From the NCBI GenBank assembly GCA_041485445.1, contig JBGPJN010000003.1, forward strand, positions 1 through 35,193: a DNA stretch of 35,193 nucleotides, in the 5' to 3' direction. Below, in pieces: positions 8,752 through 16,935 of the stretch. The translations under genes were made by a program, and so were the position numbers. Origin of the DNA: Dehalococcoidia bacterium (lineage in GTDB: Bacteria; Chloroflexota; Dehalococcoidia; Lucifugimonadales; UBA3495). Within the stretch, counting starts at the first letter, position 1; each line of letters starts with the position of its first letter. The notes beneath the pieces were generated by a model, which saw only the letters and a list, made by a program, of their open reading frames with translations, made no database searches and had not been told where the DNA came from.

Positions 8752-9699
8752 TCAGCCCTTCTGGCGGCCGAAGTGGAGCCGGGGGTCCAGCCACCGGTAG
8801 CTCAGGTCCACCAGCAGGTTGACCAGCAGAAAGACCAGGGCCATGTAAAGCACGAACCCCTGGATGATGGGGTAGTCCCGCAGGAATATGGCGTCCACCG
8901 CCAGCTTGCCCGCCCCCGGCCAGCCGAAGATGGTCTCAATGATGACCGCCCCGCCCAGGAGGTGTCCCAGGCTGAGGCCGATGATGGTGACGGAGGGCAG
9001 CAGGGCGTTTTTGAGAGCGTGCCCAAGCACCACCGCCGTTTCCCCCAGGCCCTTGGCCCGCGCCGTGCGCACGTAGTCCTGGTCCAGCGCCTCCAGCATG
9101 CTGGCGCGGGTCAGCCGCATCACCTGGGCGGCGCTTCCCGTGGCCAGGGCCAATGCCGGCAGCACCAGGTGCTGAAGCCCGCCGTGGCCAATGGCGGGCA
9201 GCCAGTGCAGCTTCACGGCGAACAGCAGGATCAGCAACAGCGCCAGGACGTAGCCGGGGACTGCGGCGCCCAGCAGCCCAAGCAGGCGGCTGGCGCCATC
9301 CACCAGGGAGCCGCGCCACACCGCGGCCAAGACGCCCAGGGGCAGCCCCACTCCAACCGCCAAGGCCAGGCTAGCGCTGGTCAGCAGCAGGGTGGCCGGC
9401 AGGCGCTGCGCCAGCTCCAGGGCCACCGGACGGCCGGTGCGGTAGGAGTCTCCCAGGTCGCCCATCAGGGCTTGGACCAGCCACCGGCCGTAGCGCCACG
9501 TCAGGGGGTCGTCCAACCCCAACTCCCGGCGATACTCCAGCACCGCGGCCCTGGGCGGCTCGGTGCCCGGGTTCTGGAGGCGCAGCAGGATGTCCGCCGG
9601 GTCGCCGGGGGCCAGGTTCAGCAGGGTGAAGCTTATGATGGAGATTCCCAGCAGCATGACCGGCAGGGTGGCCAGCCGCCGCATCAGATAGGACTGCAT
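8752..9699 (-). CDS. Opp/Dpp/Nik-family ABC permease (B-type)
   Basis: MQSYLMRRL start, APGDPA, GDLGDSY, DYVRTARAKGL, ETIFGWPG, RDYPIIQG, LDPR. Confidence 0.95.
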   Translation of the reverse strand: MQSYLMRRLATLPVMLLGISIISFTLLNLAPGDPADILLRLQNPGTEPPRAAVLEYRRELGLDDPLTWRYGRWLVQALMGDLGDSYRTGRPVALELAQRLPATLLLTSASLALAVGVGLPLGVLAAVWRGSLVDGASRLLGLLGAAVPGYVLALLLILLFAVKLHWLPAIGHGGLQHLVLPALALATGSAAQVMRLTRASMLEALDQDYVRTARAKGLGETAVVLGHALKNALLPSVTIIGLSLGHLLGGAVIIETIFGWPGAGKLAVDAIFLRDYPIIQGFVLYMALVFLLVNLLVDLSYRWLDPRLHFGRQKG

Positions 9700-9700
9700 G

Positions 9701-11290
9701 TCACTTCTTCCCCATCTTGTTGTCCACGAAATACCAGGAGAATGGGTGCGGGTTGTCAAAGCCGGTGACTCGTTTGGACACGCCAAAAAGGAAATTGGGG
9801 TAGAGCAGGGGCACCACTGCCACGTCGTCCACAATGGACTGGGAGGCGGAGCAGGCCAGGTCCTCCCTGGTCTGGCGCAGCTTGGCGACGCGAAGCTGGG
9901 CGGTTACTCCATCAACCAATGGGTTGGAATAGCCGCCGAAGTTGGCCGAGCCGCCGGTGTTGAAGTACTGGGACAGGTTCAAGTACGGGTCTCCGGAGAT
10001 GCCCATGGTGGTGAAGTACATGGCGCCATCCCAGTCCCCCTGCCGTAGTGCGGCGTCGATCTGCTCCACCAGGGCTACCTCCACCTTGATGCCGACGGTC
10101 TTCAAAGCAGCTTGAATCGCCTCAGCCATGGGCGGCAGCTCCGGACGTTGCCGGTAAGTCAGCAGCTTCATGGCCAAAGGCTGGCCTTCCTTCTCCACAA
10201 TGCCGTCCCCGTCGTTGTCACGGTAGCCAGCCTCCGCCAGAAGCACTCTGGCTCTGGATGGGTCGAAAGAAATGCCTCTAAGCTGCGGGCAGGCGAACAT
10301 GGCGGGTGGGAAGGGACCGGTGGCCGTGATGGCCTGGTTTTGGCTTATGGCCTTCACCAGCCCCTCGCGGTCAATCGCTGAGGCCACCGCCTGCCGCACT
10401 CGGGCGTCCTTCCAAGGCCCGCGCTGGTGGTTGAGGTACAGAAACTCCAAATATATCGGCGGGGCGGAGCGCACCGCCAGATTTCGGTCCGCCGCAACGG
10501 TCGCCGCGCTCTCCGGCGCAATGTTGACCGCGATGTCAATGTCGCCGCTTTGCAGCGCCAGCACCCGGCTGTTGTTATCCGGCAGATACAAAAATATCAC
10601 CCGGTCCAGTAGCGCCGGGGTGCCCCAGTAGTCTGGATGGCGCACCACTGCCAGCTCCTTGTCAAGCTGGAATCGCTCAACCATGAAGGGGCCGGTCAGC
10701 ACCGGCTTTTCTGTAAAGGCGTCCCCCAGGGCCTCCGCGGCGGCAGCGTTCACAATGCCGGCGCTGAGCTCGGTCAGCAGTGCCGGCAGGATGGGGCTTG
10801 GCTTGTTGGTGGTGATGATTACGGTGGAAGCATCCGTTACTTCAAGTTGGCTTATATCCAGCAAGTTCTTGGCCCTGGGGGACTTGGCGCCGGCGCGGTC
10901 CAGGGAAGCCTTGACTGCAGTGGCATCCATCAAATCGCCATTGTGAAACTTGACACCCTGACGCAGGGTGATCTCCCAGGTCTGCTCATCCAGTTGCCTG
11001 GCGTTGGTGGCCAGCCACGGCTCCGGCTTCAGGTCGGCGCCCAGCTTGAACAGGGTCTCGGCCACCCCAGTTTGGACCGGTTGGAAGCCGCCCCTGACAG
11101 GATCAGGCGGCTGGCTGATGAAGGGAAGGCCGACCCGAAGCGTGCCCCCCGGAATACTGGCGGGGTTGGAAGCTGGCGGCGCCGGCGTGGGTGCGGTGGT
11201 TGGGCCGCAGGCCGCTGCCAAGAACGCCGACAGCATTAACACGACCGAGAATAGAGCCGGGACCAATGAGCACCTCCAGGACCGGTTCAT
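9701..11290 (-). CDS. Family-5 (NikA/DppA/OppA-like) ABC substrate-binding lipoprotein
   Basis: Lipobox LAAAC, PWLAT, LRQGVKFHNG, TGPF, DYWG, VRQAVASAIDRE. SD GGAGGT upstream. Confidence 0.93.
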   Translation of the reverse strand: MNRSWRCSLVPALFSVVLMLSAFLAAACGPTTAPTPAPPASNPASIPGGTLRVGLPFISQPPDPVRGGFQPVQTGVAETLFKLGADLKPEPWLATNARQLDEQTWEITLRQGVKFHNGDLMDATAVKASLDRAGAKSPRAKNLLDISQLEVTDASTVIITTNKPSPILPALLTELSAGIVNAAAAEALGDAFTEKPVLTGPFMVERFQLDKELAVVRHPDYWGTPALLDRVIFLYLPDNNSRVLALQSGDIDIAVNIAPESAATVAADRNLAVRSAPPIYLEFLYLNHQRGPWKDARVRQAVASAIDREGLVKAISQNQAITATGPFPPAMFACPQLRGISFDPSRARVLLAEAGYRDNDGDGIVEKEGQPLAMKLLTYRQRPELPPMAEAIQAALKTVGIKVEVALVEQIDAALRQGDWDGAMYFTTMGISGDPYLNLSQYFNTGGSANFGGYSNPLVDGVTAQLRVAKLRQTREDLACSASQSIVDDVAVVPLLYPNFLFGVSKRVTGFDNPHPFSWYFVDNKMGKK

Positions 11291-11342
11291 GGGCAGGCAC
11301 CTCCAGGACGCAGATTGACCCTCGGACGTTCACCGGACAAAC

Positions 11343-11375
11343 AAAAAAACCCTGGACTCTACTCTGTCCAGGGTT
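11343..11375 (-). terminator. Riboswitch expression-platform terminator
   Basis: Minus strand AACCCTGGAC-AGAGTAGA-GTCCAGGGTT followed by a T tract, between the riboswitch and the SBP start. Confidence 0.85.
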
Positions 11376-11464
11376 GAAGGACCCCCGCTACGGGCAGCCA
11401 AAGGAACCGCGCTTGTTGGGCTGCCAGGGAGCTACCTCTGTTGGGCGCAGAGTAGAACTCCGCC

Positions 11465-11640
11465 GACCCAGGCAGGTCTCCTGGCTTACGGATCAACGCC
11501 GGCCCACGCCTTCCCACCCCGATATCGTCGGGACAGTGGCATTCCAGTGGACCGGCTCCCCGCTTACAGTGGCGCGACCGCGGCAGATTGAACTGCCTTC
11601 CCTTTTGAACCTTGCGGTACCTGGGGGCACCAGTCTAAGT
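11465..11640 (-). ncRNA. Cobalamin (B12) riboswitch
   Basis: Minus-strand motifs in canonical order: GGTGCCC..AAAAGGGAA..CGCGCCACTGTAA..GCCACTG..GGGAAGG..B12 box AAGCCAGGAGACCTGCC. Confidence 0.95.
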
Positions 11641-11668
11641 TGTTAAGCTCCCCGGAGGGTTGGGCAAG

Positions 11669-11697
11669 ATGATAATCGGGCGACGCCGGCCTGTCAA
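11669..11697 (-). promoter_or_regulatory. Sigma70 promoter for the riboswitch/ABC operon
   Basis: TTGACA-17 nt-TATCAT. Confidence 0.8.
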
Positions 11698-11704
11698 CCC
11701 CAGG

Positions 11705-11733
11705 TTGACCGGGCCTGCCCTCGGGTATACACT
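11705..11733 (+). promoter_or_regulatory. Sigma70 promoter for trxA(-selC)
   Basis: TTGACC-17 nt-TACACT. Confidence 0.75.
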
Positions 11734-11814
11734 GGCAACAGGTGGCCCCCAAGCTGGTGCGAGGCCGCAGCCCGCGAGGGCACTTAATCGTGTTATTTCT
11801 GGAGGACCAGGGAT

Positions 11815-12147
11815 ATGGCGGAACCCATTGAAGTCAGCGAGAGCACTTGGGACCAGGAGGTCCTCAAGTCTAACCTGCCGGTATTGGTGGACTTCTGGGC
11901 GGAGTGGTGCGGCCCGTGCAAAATGATCGCTCCGGCGGTGCATGATCTGGCCACGGAGTACGCCGGGCGGCTGAACGTGGCCAAGTTGGACGTGGATAAC
12001 AGCCCCGGCATCGCCACCAAGTACGGGGTGCGCAGCATCCCGGCGCTGATCTTTTTCAAGGGTGGGAAGCCGGTGGACCAGATTGTGGGTGCGGTGCCCA
12101 AGGGGGCCCTCAAGCGGAAGATTGACGCGGTGCTGGCCAGCAAGTAG
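11815..12147 (+). CDS. trxA: Thioredoxin
   Basis: VDFWAEWCGPCKMIAP, YGVRSIP; SD GGAGGA. Confidence 0.98.
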   Translation: MAEPIEVSESTWDQEVLKSNLPVLVDFWAEWCGPCKMIAPAVHDLATEYAGRLNVAKLDVDNSPGIATKYGVRSIPALIFFKGGKPVDQIVGAVPKGALKRKIDAVLASK

Positions 12148-12170
12148 CCACCCAGCGGCAATTTGAGGTT

Positions 12171-12267
12171 GGGAGTGGATGGGGCCCGGTGGCCCTTGCG
12201 GACTTCAAATCCGTTATGCCTCGTGATGAGCGGGGTAGGTGGGTTCGACTCCCTCCCACTCTCGCCA
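12171..12267 (+). tRNA. selC: tRNA-Sec (anticodon TCA)
   Basis: 8-bp acceptor stem GGGAGTGG/CCACTCTC, G discriminator plus CCA, anticodon arm CGGA-CTTCAAA-TCCG (TCA at 12205-12207), long variable arm, GGTTCGACT T-loop, 97 nt; selA is nearby. Confidence 0.95.
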
Positions 12268-12401
12268 GCTCCCCGGCAGTAAGCACCGCCGGGTGGGTGA
12301 GCGGGTTGGCGCAGTGGCCGGGGCAGGGTTGCCCAGGGGCAGCTTCTTCCCTGTGGGTAGCCCGACCCGGCGCGTCAGTTTGGTTGGGTGCGGCGCCGGG
12401 G

Positions 12402-12530
12402 CTACAGGTGGGTCACACCCACCGCCACCAGGAAGGCCAGGATCCCCAGCGTCACCAGCACTTCCACCCTGGTAAAAAGCCGAGCGCCGCCGGGCATTCG
12501 GGCCGTTGTCCGTGCCAAGAATTGCGCCAT
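12402..12530 (-). CDS. 42-aa single-TM microprotein resembling a type IV prepilin N-terminus
   Basis: Manual translation MAQFLARTTARMPGGARLFTRVEVLVTLGILAFLVAVGVTHL*; not in the ORF track because it is too short. Confidence 0.55.
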   Translation of the reverse strand: MAQFLARTTARMPGGARLFTRVEVLVTLGILAFLVAVGVTHL

Positions 12531-12845
12531 AAACTCTCTGCCGACCTCCACTTTCGATGCCCCTGACCGCCCCTCGTCCCTTCGTTCTTGCGTGTTCTAG
12601 ACATTGTCGCCGATGAACCTCACAGGGCCAAAACAAGGTTGTGCCGGCAAATCACACGGCACTTACGGCAGGGTCTCAACAGCCTCTCGGGCCGGTCGCA
12701 GGCACGTCACAGGGGCTGGTCCAAGCCCTAACCGGGGCTGACGGATGGCGCAGACCGTCCGGGAAGGGCGGTGGGGTGATGGTTACTAATGGAGCGGACT
12801 ATGGACCGGCGAGTCCCATGAAACCGGCAATGAAACCCGCGCTAG

Positions 12846-13067
12846 CTAATGGAAGGGGCAGACCAGCTTGAAGGCGCTGACGGCCAAGTTGTCGCCCGGT
12901 TGGCTCCCGGTTTGCCCGGCGGGCATGCCCCCATGGGCCGGGGACTGGAGAGAGGTCCCGGCGGCCTGACCTGAGGCAGCCCGGTACACCACCATGCCTG
13001 CCCCTGCCAAGGTAGAGACAGTCATCAGCACTACCATCGCCGCGCCAAAGGCCCGGACCTTCAACAA
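12846..13067 (-). CDS. Small exported/membrane-anchored hypothetical protein ending in CPFH
   Basis: SD GGGAGG before TTG; N-terminal hydrophobic helix; upstream TGGCAA-17 nt-TAGAAT (13140-13112). Confidence 0.6.
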   Translation of the reverse strand: MLKVRAFGAAMVVLMTVSTLAGAGMVVYRAASGQAAGTSLQSPAHGGMPAGQTGSQPGDNLAVSAFKLVCPFH

Positions 13068-13158
13068 TGGCCCTCCCGGATGCGCTGTTCAGTTGCCGCA
13101 GGAACAATTCTATTCTAGCCCGCGGGGCTCCAAATTGCCACCGGCGGCCCGCCTACAG

Positions 13159-13310
13159 CAGGGTCGTTTCGTTCTCGGCCGGCTCGTAGGGGCGCACCTG
13201 CATGTGCGCCCCCCTGGACAGACCTTCCACCCGAAGGGCAGACACCCTTCGACTCGGCTCAGGGCAAGCTCCGGTCTGCCCCTACATTCTGGGACAATGA
13301 AACGGCCCTG
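13159..13310. mobile_element. MITE with CAGGG terminal inverted repeats and 10-bp target-site duplication (ISAs1-like ends), carrying nested REPs
   Basis: Left end CAGGGTCGTTTCGTTCTC; right end (reverse complement) CAGGGCCGTTTCATTGTC; flanked by direct repeat CCGCCTACAG (13149-13158 and 13311-13320). Confidence 0.8.
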
Positions 13311-13334
13311 CCGCCTACAGCCTCCCGCGGCCCG

Positions 13335-13343
13335 TGATACAAT
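13335..13343 (+). promoter_or_regulatory. Putative extended -10 promoter for selA
   Basis: TG-A-TACAAT about 50 nt upstream of the ATG. Confidence 0.55.
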
Positions 13344-13395
13344 AGAGCGCTGTTGCACACTGGGCGCTGCTCCATCCTTCTTCCGGCGCAGGAAA

Positions 13396-14826
13396 ATGAC
13401 GCAATTCCGCGACCTCCCCAGCGTGGAAAGGGTGCTGGCCGAGGAGATTCTGGCCCCGCCCGGTGCCGTCTACCAACGGGCGTGGCTGGTGGAGCTGGTT
13501 CGTCAGGAGCTGGACCAGGCCCGCCAGCGCCTGCGTCCTTCGGGTGAAGGACTGCGCCCGGGAGTGAAGGCGCCCAGCGCCGCTGAGGTGGCTAAAGCGG
13601 TGGCGGGCCAGCTGGCGACGCTGACCCGGGTGGCCCCCACGCGGGTGATCAACGCCACCGGGGTCATTATCCACACCAACCTGGGCCGGGCCCCCTTGAG
13701 CCAGGCCGCCACCCAGGCGGCGGTGCAGGCCGCCCAGGGGTACACCAATTTGGAAATGGACCTGGAGGGCGGGCGCCGCGGCTCCCGGCAGGCCCACTTG
13801 CAGCCCCTGCTGCGGCAGCTCACCGGCGCGGAGGCCTGCCTGGTGGTGAATAACAACGCCGCGGCGGTGCTGCTGGGGCTGTGCGCCCTGGCCGCCGGCA
13901 AAGAGGTCATCGTGTCCCGGGGCGAGGCCATTGAGATCGGCGGCGGGTTCCGCATTCCAGACGTGCTCAGTCAGAGCGGCGCCACCCTGGTGGACGTGGG
14001 CACCACCAACCGGACCTACGTCCGAGACTACGAGGGCGCCATCACCGACCACACCGGCGCCTTCCTGAAAGCCCACGCCAGCAACTTCCGCGTGGAGGGG
14101 TTCACCGCCGCGGTGGAGTCCCGGGACCTGGTGGAGCTGGGCCGCCAAAGGGGCATCCCGGTGCTGCACGATGTGGGCAGCGGGTGCCTTTTGCCCACGG
14201 AGCGGTACGGCCTGGCCCACGAGCCAACCCCCCAGGAGAGCATTGCCGCCGGCGTGGGGCTGGTGTTCTTCTCCGGCGACAAGCTGCTGGGCGGGCCCCA
14301 GGCGGGCATCGTGGTGGGTCAGCGGGACCTGGTGCAGAGGCTGGAACGGCACCCGTTGGCCCGGGCGGTGCGCATCGATAAGCTGAGCCTGGCCAGCCTG
14401 ACCGCCACCCTGCTGCACTACCTCCGCGGCGAGGCCGAGCAGGAGGTCCCCATCTGGCGGATGATCGCCACCCCCGCCGACCGGGTCCGCCGCCGGGCAC
14501 GGAGCTGGAGCCGCCGGCTGGGGGCCAACACCTCGGTGGAGCAATGCCAGTCGGCCATCGGCGGCGGGAGCCTGCCTGGGGAGACGCTGCCCTCGTGGGC
14601 GCTGGTCATCCCCACACCAACCCCGCGGGGCGCTGGGCCGGAGGACATCCTGGCCCAGTTGCGCCGGTGCAATCCGCCGGTGGTGGGCCGCATCGAGGCC
14701 AACCGGGTGCTGCTGGACCCCAGGACGGTGCTACCTGAGGAGGACGACCTGCTGCTGAGGGCGGTGGGCACGGTGTTGGGGTGTCGCCAAGGGCGTCCTG
14801 GCGACGAAGTGGAGCGCCCGGAGTGA
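13396..14826 (+). CDS. selA: L-seryl-tRNA(Sec) selenium transferase (selenocysteine synthase)
   Basis: VINATGVIIHTNLGRAPL, VNNNAAAVLL, SRGEAIEIGGGFRIP, VGTTNRT, PLP-lysine motif FSGDKLLGGPQAG. Start at ATG 13396 (MTQFRDLPSV). Confidence 0.97.
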   Translation: MTQFRDLPSVERVLAEEILAPPGAVYQRAWLVELVRQELDQARQRLRPSGEGLRPGVKAPSAAEVAKAVAGQLATLTRVAPTRVINATGVIIHTNLGRAPLSQAATQAAVQAAQGYTNLEMDLEGGRRGSRQAHLQPLLRQLTGAEACLVVNNNAAAVLLGLCALAAGKEVIVSRGEAIEIGGGFRIPDVLSQSGATLVDVGTTNRTYVRDYEGAITDHTGAFLKAHASNFRVEGFTAAVESRDLVELGRQRGIPVLHDVGSGCLLPTERYGLAHEPTPQESIAAGVGLVFFSGDKLLGGPQAGIVVGQRDLVQRLERHPLARAVRIDKLSLASLTATLLHYLRGEAEQEVPIWRMIATPADRVRRRARSWSRRLGANTSVEQCQSAIGGGSLPGETLPSWALVIPTPTPRGAGPEDILAQLRRCNPPVVGRIEANRVLLDPRTVLPEEDDLLLRAVGTVLGCRQGRPGDEVERPE

Positions 14827-15581
14827 CCGACTACCTGCTGGTGCACGGGGCCACCGAAGGCGCCTGGGCTTGGGGCCGCGTGTGGGGTTATCTGACCGCG
14901 CCTGAGGAACACCCGCCGCGCCTGGACCGGCCCCGCCGGATCGACCGCGTCTATGCGCTGGACCTGCCGGGCCACGGCGCCAACCGCACCGTCCCGGCGT
15001 CCCAGGTTGGCGTGGAAGAGTGCGTCCAGGCGCTGGTGCAGGCGGTGGCGGCCCAGAGGCTGCGGCAGCCGGTGCTGGTGGGCCACAGCCTTGGCGGGGC
15101 GCTGCTGCTCCAGGCCATGGGCCAGTTCCCCCAGCCGCCCAAGCGACTGGTGCTGCTGGCGGGACTGGTGCCAGGCCCCCAGACCAGCTTGCTTGGCCTG
15201 CTGCCCCGCCGCGCCAGGGCGGCCTTTCGCGTCATGTCGGCCGTGGGCCTGGTGTCCCGCCAACCGATGAAGCTGCCCGGTCTGGTGATCCGCCGCTGCG
15301 TGTGCGACGGCCTGCCGCCCATGGAGGTGGCTCAGGCGGTGGGCCGCTTTGGGCCGCTGCCGGTGCGGCTCCTCAAAGCGCGTTTCGACCTCAGTGACCT
15401 CAAGCCGCCGTGTCCGGTGACCTACGTGGTGCTGACCAGGGACTCGGCGGTGCCGCCGCCGCTCCAGCGCTGGATGGCCCAGCGGATCCCCGGCGTGGAG
15501 ATTGTGGAGCTGGACTCGTGCCATGAGCCGATGCTGCACCGGCCCCGGGAGCTGGCCCAGCTACTGTCGCGTTACGCCTGA
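14823..15581 (+). CDS. Alpha/beta hydrolase (methylesterase/SABP2-like)
   Basis: LVHGATEGAWAW, LDLPGHG, nucleophile GHSLGG, candidate Asp (TRDSAV) and His (SCHEPM). GTGA overlap with the selA stop. Confidence 0.9.
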   Translation: MTDYLLVHGATEGAWAWGRVWGYLTAPEEHPPRLDRPRRIDRVYALDLPGHGANRTVPASQVGVEECVQALVQAVAAQRLRQPVLVGHSLGGALLLQAMGQFPQPPKRLVLLAGLVPGPQTSLLGLLPRRARAAFRVMSAVGLVSRQPMKLPGLVIRRCVCDGLPPMEVAQAVGRFGPLPVRLLKARFDLSDLKPPCPVTYVVLTRDSAVPPPLQRWMAQRIPGVEIVELDSCHEPMLHRPRELAQLLSRYA

Positions 15582-15765
15582 GCCTGGGGCGGTGCTACGC
15601 TAACAGCCGGGGCGCCGGGCGCCGCAACCTGCGCGGATCACGTCCCACAGGGGACCGTTCTCATGGCCGCACTGGGAGCACTACCACGCGCCAGTCATCT
15701 GCTCAATCTCCTGCCAGATCCTTTCTCCCGCACCGGTTCGGCGGCATGCAATTTATCAACATAAC

Positions 15766-15884
15766 CACCCTTGCACTGGTTTCTAAACTGGGCGCCTGAC
15801 CCGCTCACCCTGAGCTTGTCGAAGGGCGCGGCCACGTGGTTCGACAGGCTCACCACGAGCGGTTTAAGAAGCAATGCAAGGCTC
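15766..15884. mobile_element. MITE-like element (CCTTGCA...TAAAC inverted ends) enclosing a TTCGAC/CTCAG palindromic repeat pair
   Basis: Left end ACCCTTGCACTGGTTTCTAAAC; right end (reverse complement) GAGCCTTGCATTGCTTCTTAAAC; internal repeat 15801-15862. Confidence 0.7.
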
Positions 15885-15922
15885 AGTAATATGCGGGCCA
15901 AGCGCCATCAAGAGGTGACCCA

Positions 15923-16774
15923 GTGAACATCCGCCGCATCCCCGGACGGTTCCTGCTCCGCCGGCCCGCCAGGCCGGTGGCCCTGGCCGCCACCGTGGCG
16001 CTCCTGCTGGCCGGCTGCCAGGGCGCGCCCGCGCCTACGCCAACCACCTCCCGGCCGAACCTGGCCGTCGCCACTGCGGCCGCACCCGTGGCCACGGCTA
16101 CCGCTACCGCGACGACGGCAGCCCCAGTCACTGCGCCCTCTGCCACTCCATCGTCGCCGCCCTTCGGCACTCCGGTCCCTGCACCCTCCCCGACTCAGCC
16201 GCCCACGGCAACGGCCCAGCCAGCCGGCACAGGCGTGGTGGTGACCATCGGCCCTGACTCGGTGGCCCGTTACCTGGTGCGGGAGCAGTTCGCTCGGCTA
16301 AACCTGCCCAACGATGCCGTGGGTGTGACGTCAGAGGTCAGCGGAGCGGTGGTCTTGGACGCCGCCGGCCGGGTGGTTTCGGCCGAGTCCAAGATCACGG
16401 TCAACTCCCGAAGCCTGCGCAGCGACGAGAGTGACCGGGACGATTACCTTCGCGCCGACGGGCTGGAAACCGACAAGTTTCAGCAGATTAAGCTGGTGGT
16501 GGAGTCTGCGCCTGGGCTGCCCTGGCCCCTGCCCAAGGACGGGGAGGCGCAGTTTCAGCTCCAGGGCAGCATGACCGCCCACGGCGTGACCAGTCCCATC
16601 ACCTGGGAGGTCACCGCGAAGTTCACGGCCAGCGGCGCCCAGGGGCAGGCCAAGACCAACTTCCCCTTCGCCAAGTTTGGGATGAAGCGTCCCAGCGCCT
16701 TCTTCCTGCTCAGTGTGGAGGACAACATCCGGCTAGAGCTGGACTTTGTGGCCACGGTGCAGCCGCGGACGTGA
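15923..16774 (+). CDS. YceI-family lipoprotein
   Basis: Lipobox LLAGC; Pro/Thr/Ala linker; ARYLVREQF, AVGVT, LRSDESDRDDYLR, GSMTAHGVT. Confidence 0.88.
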   Translation: MNIRRIPGRFLLRRPARPVALAATVALLLAGCQGAPAPTPTTSRPNLAVATAAAPVATATATATTAAPVTAPSATPSSPPFGTPVPAPSPTQPPTATAQPAGTGVVVTIGPDSVARYLVREQFARLNLPNDAVGVTSEVSGAVVLDAAGRVVSAESKITVNSRSLRSDESDRDDYLRADGLETDKFQQIKLVVESAPGLPWPLPKDGEAQFQLQGSMTAHGVTSPITWEVTAKFTASGAQGQAKTNFPFAKFGMKRPSAFFLLSVEDNIRLELDFVATVQPRT

Positions 16775-16935
16775 GCGGGGCGGCAGGGTAGTCGCAGCAT
16801 CGTCGCCAGCCGGCGGCCACGTTGGGTGCTGGACTGTTGCCCAACTCATGAATCCAATCGGTCCTCCTGGACGTAAACGTCAGCGAACGGCCTTGAGCTT
16901 GCCAGGGCTGGCAGATAACATGAAGGGGGAATCCG

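Noticed and set aside
12268-12401. GC-rich hairpins after selC as a separate ncRNA
   Set aside because: No recognisable family motif; explainable as terminator or processing structure between converging transcripts.
12645-12750. Loosely periodic TCACA/TTACG/TAACC words as response-regulator boxes
   Set aside because: Too degenerate to distinguish from chance by eye.
12268-13150. Genomic island or prophage integrated at tRNA-Sec
   Set aside because: No integrase and no duplicated tRNA 3' end seen in the window.
12994-13395. 134-aa N-terminal extension of SelA in the ORF track
   Set aside because: It reads through a MITE/REP and an opposite-strand ORF; SelA similarity and a promoter-like -10 point to ATG 13396.
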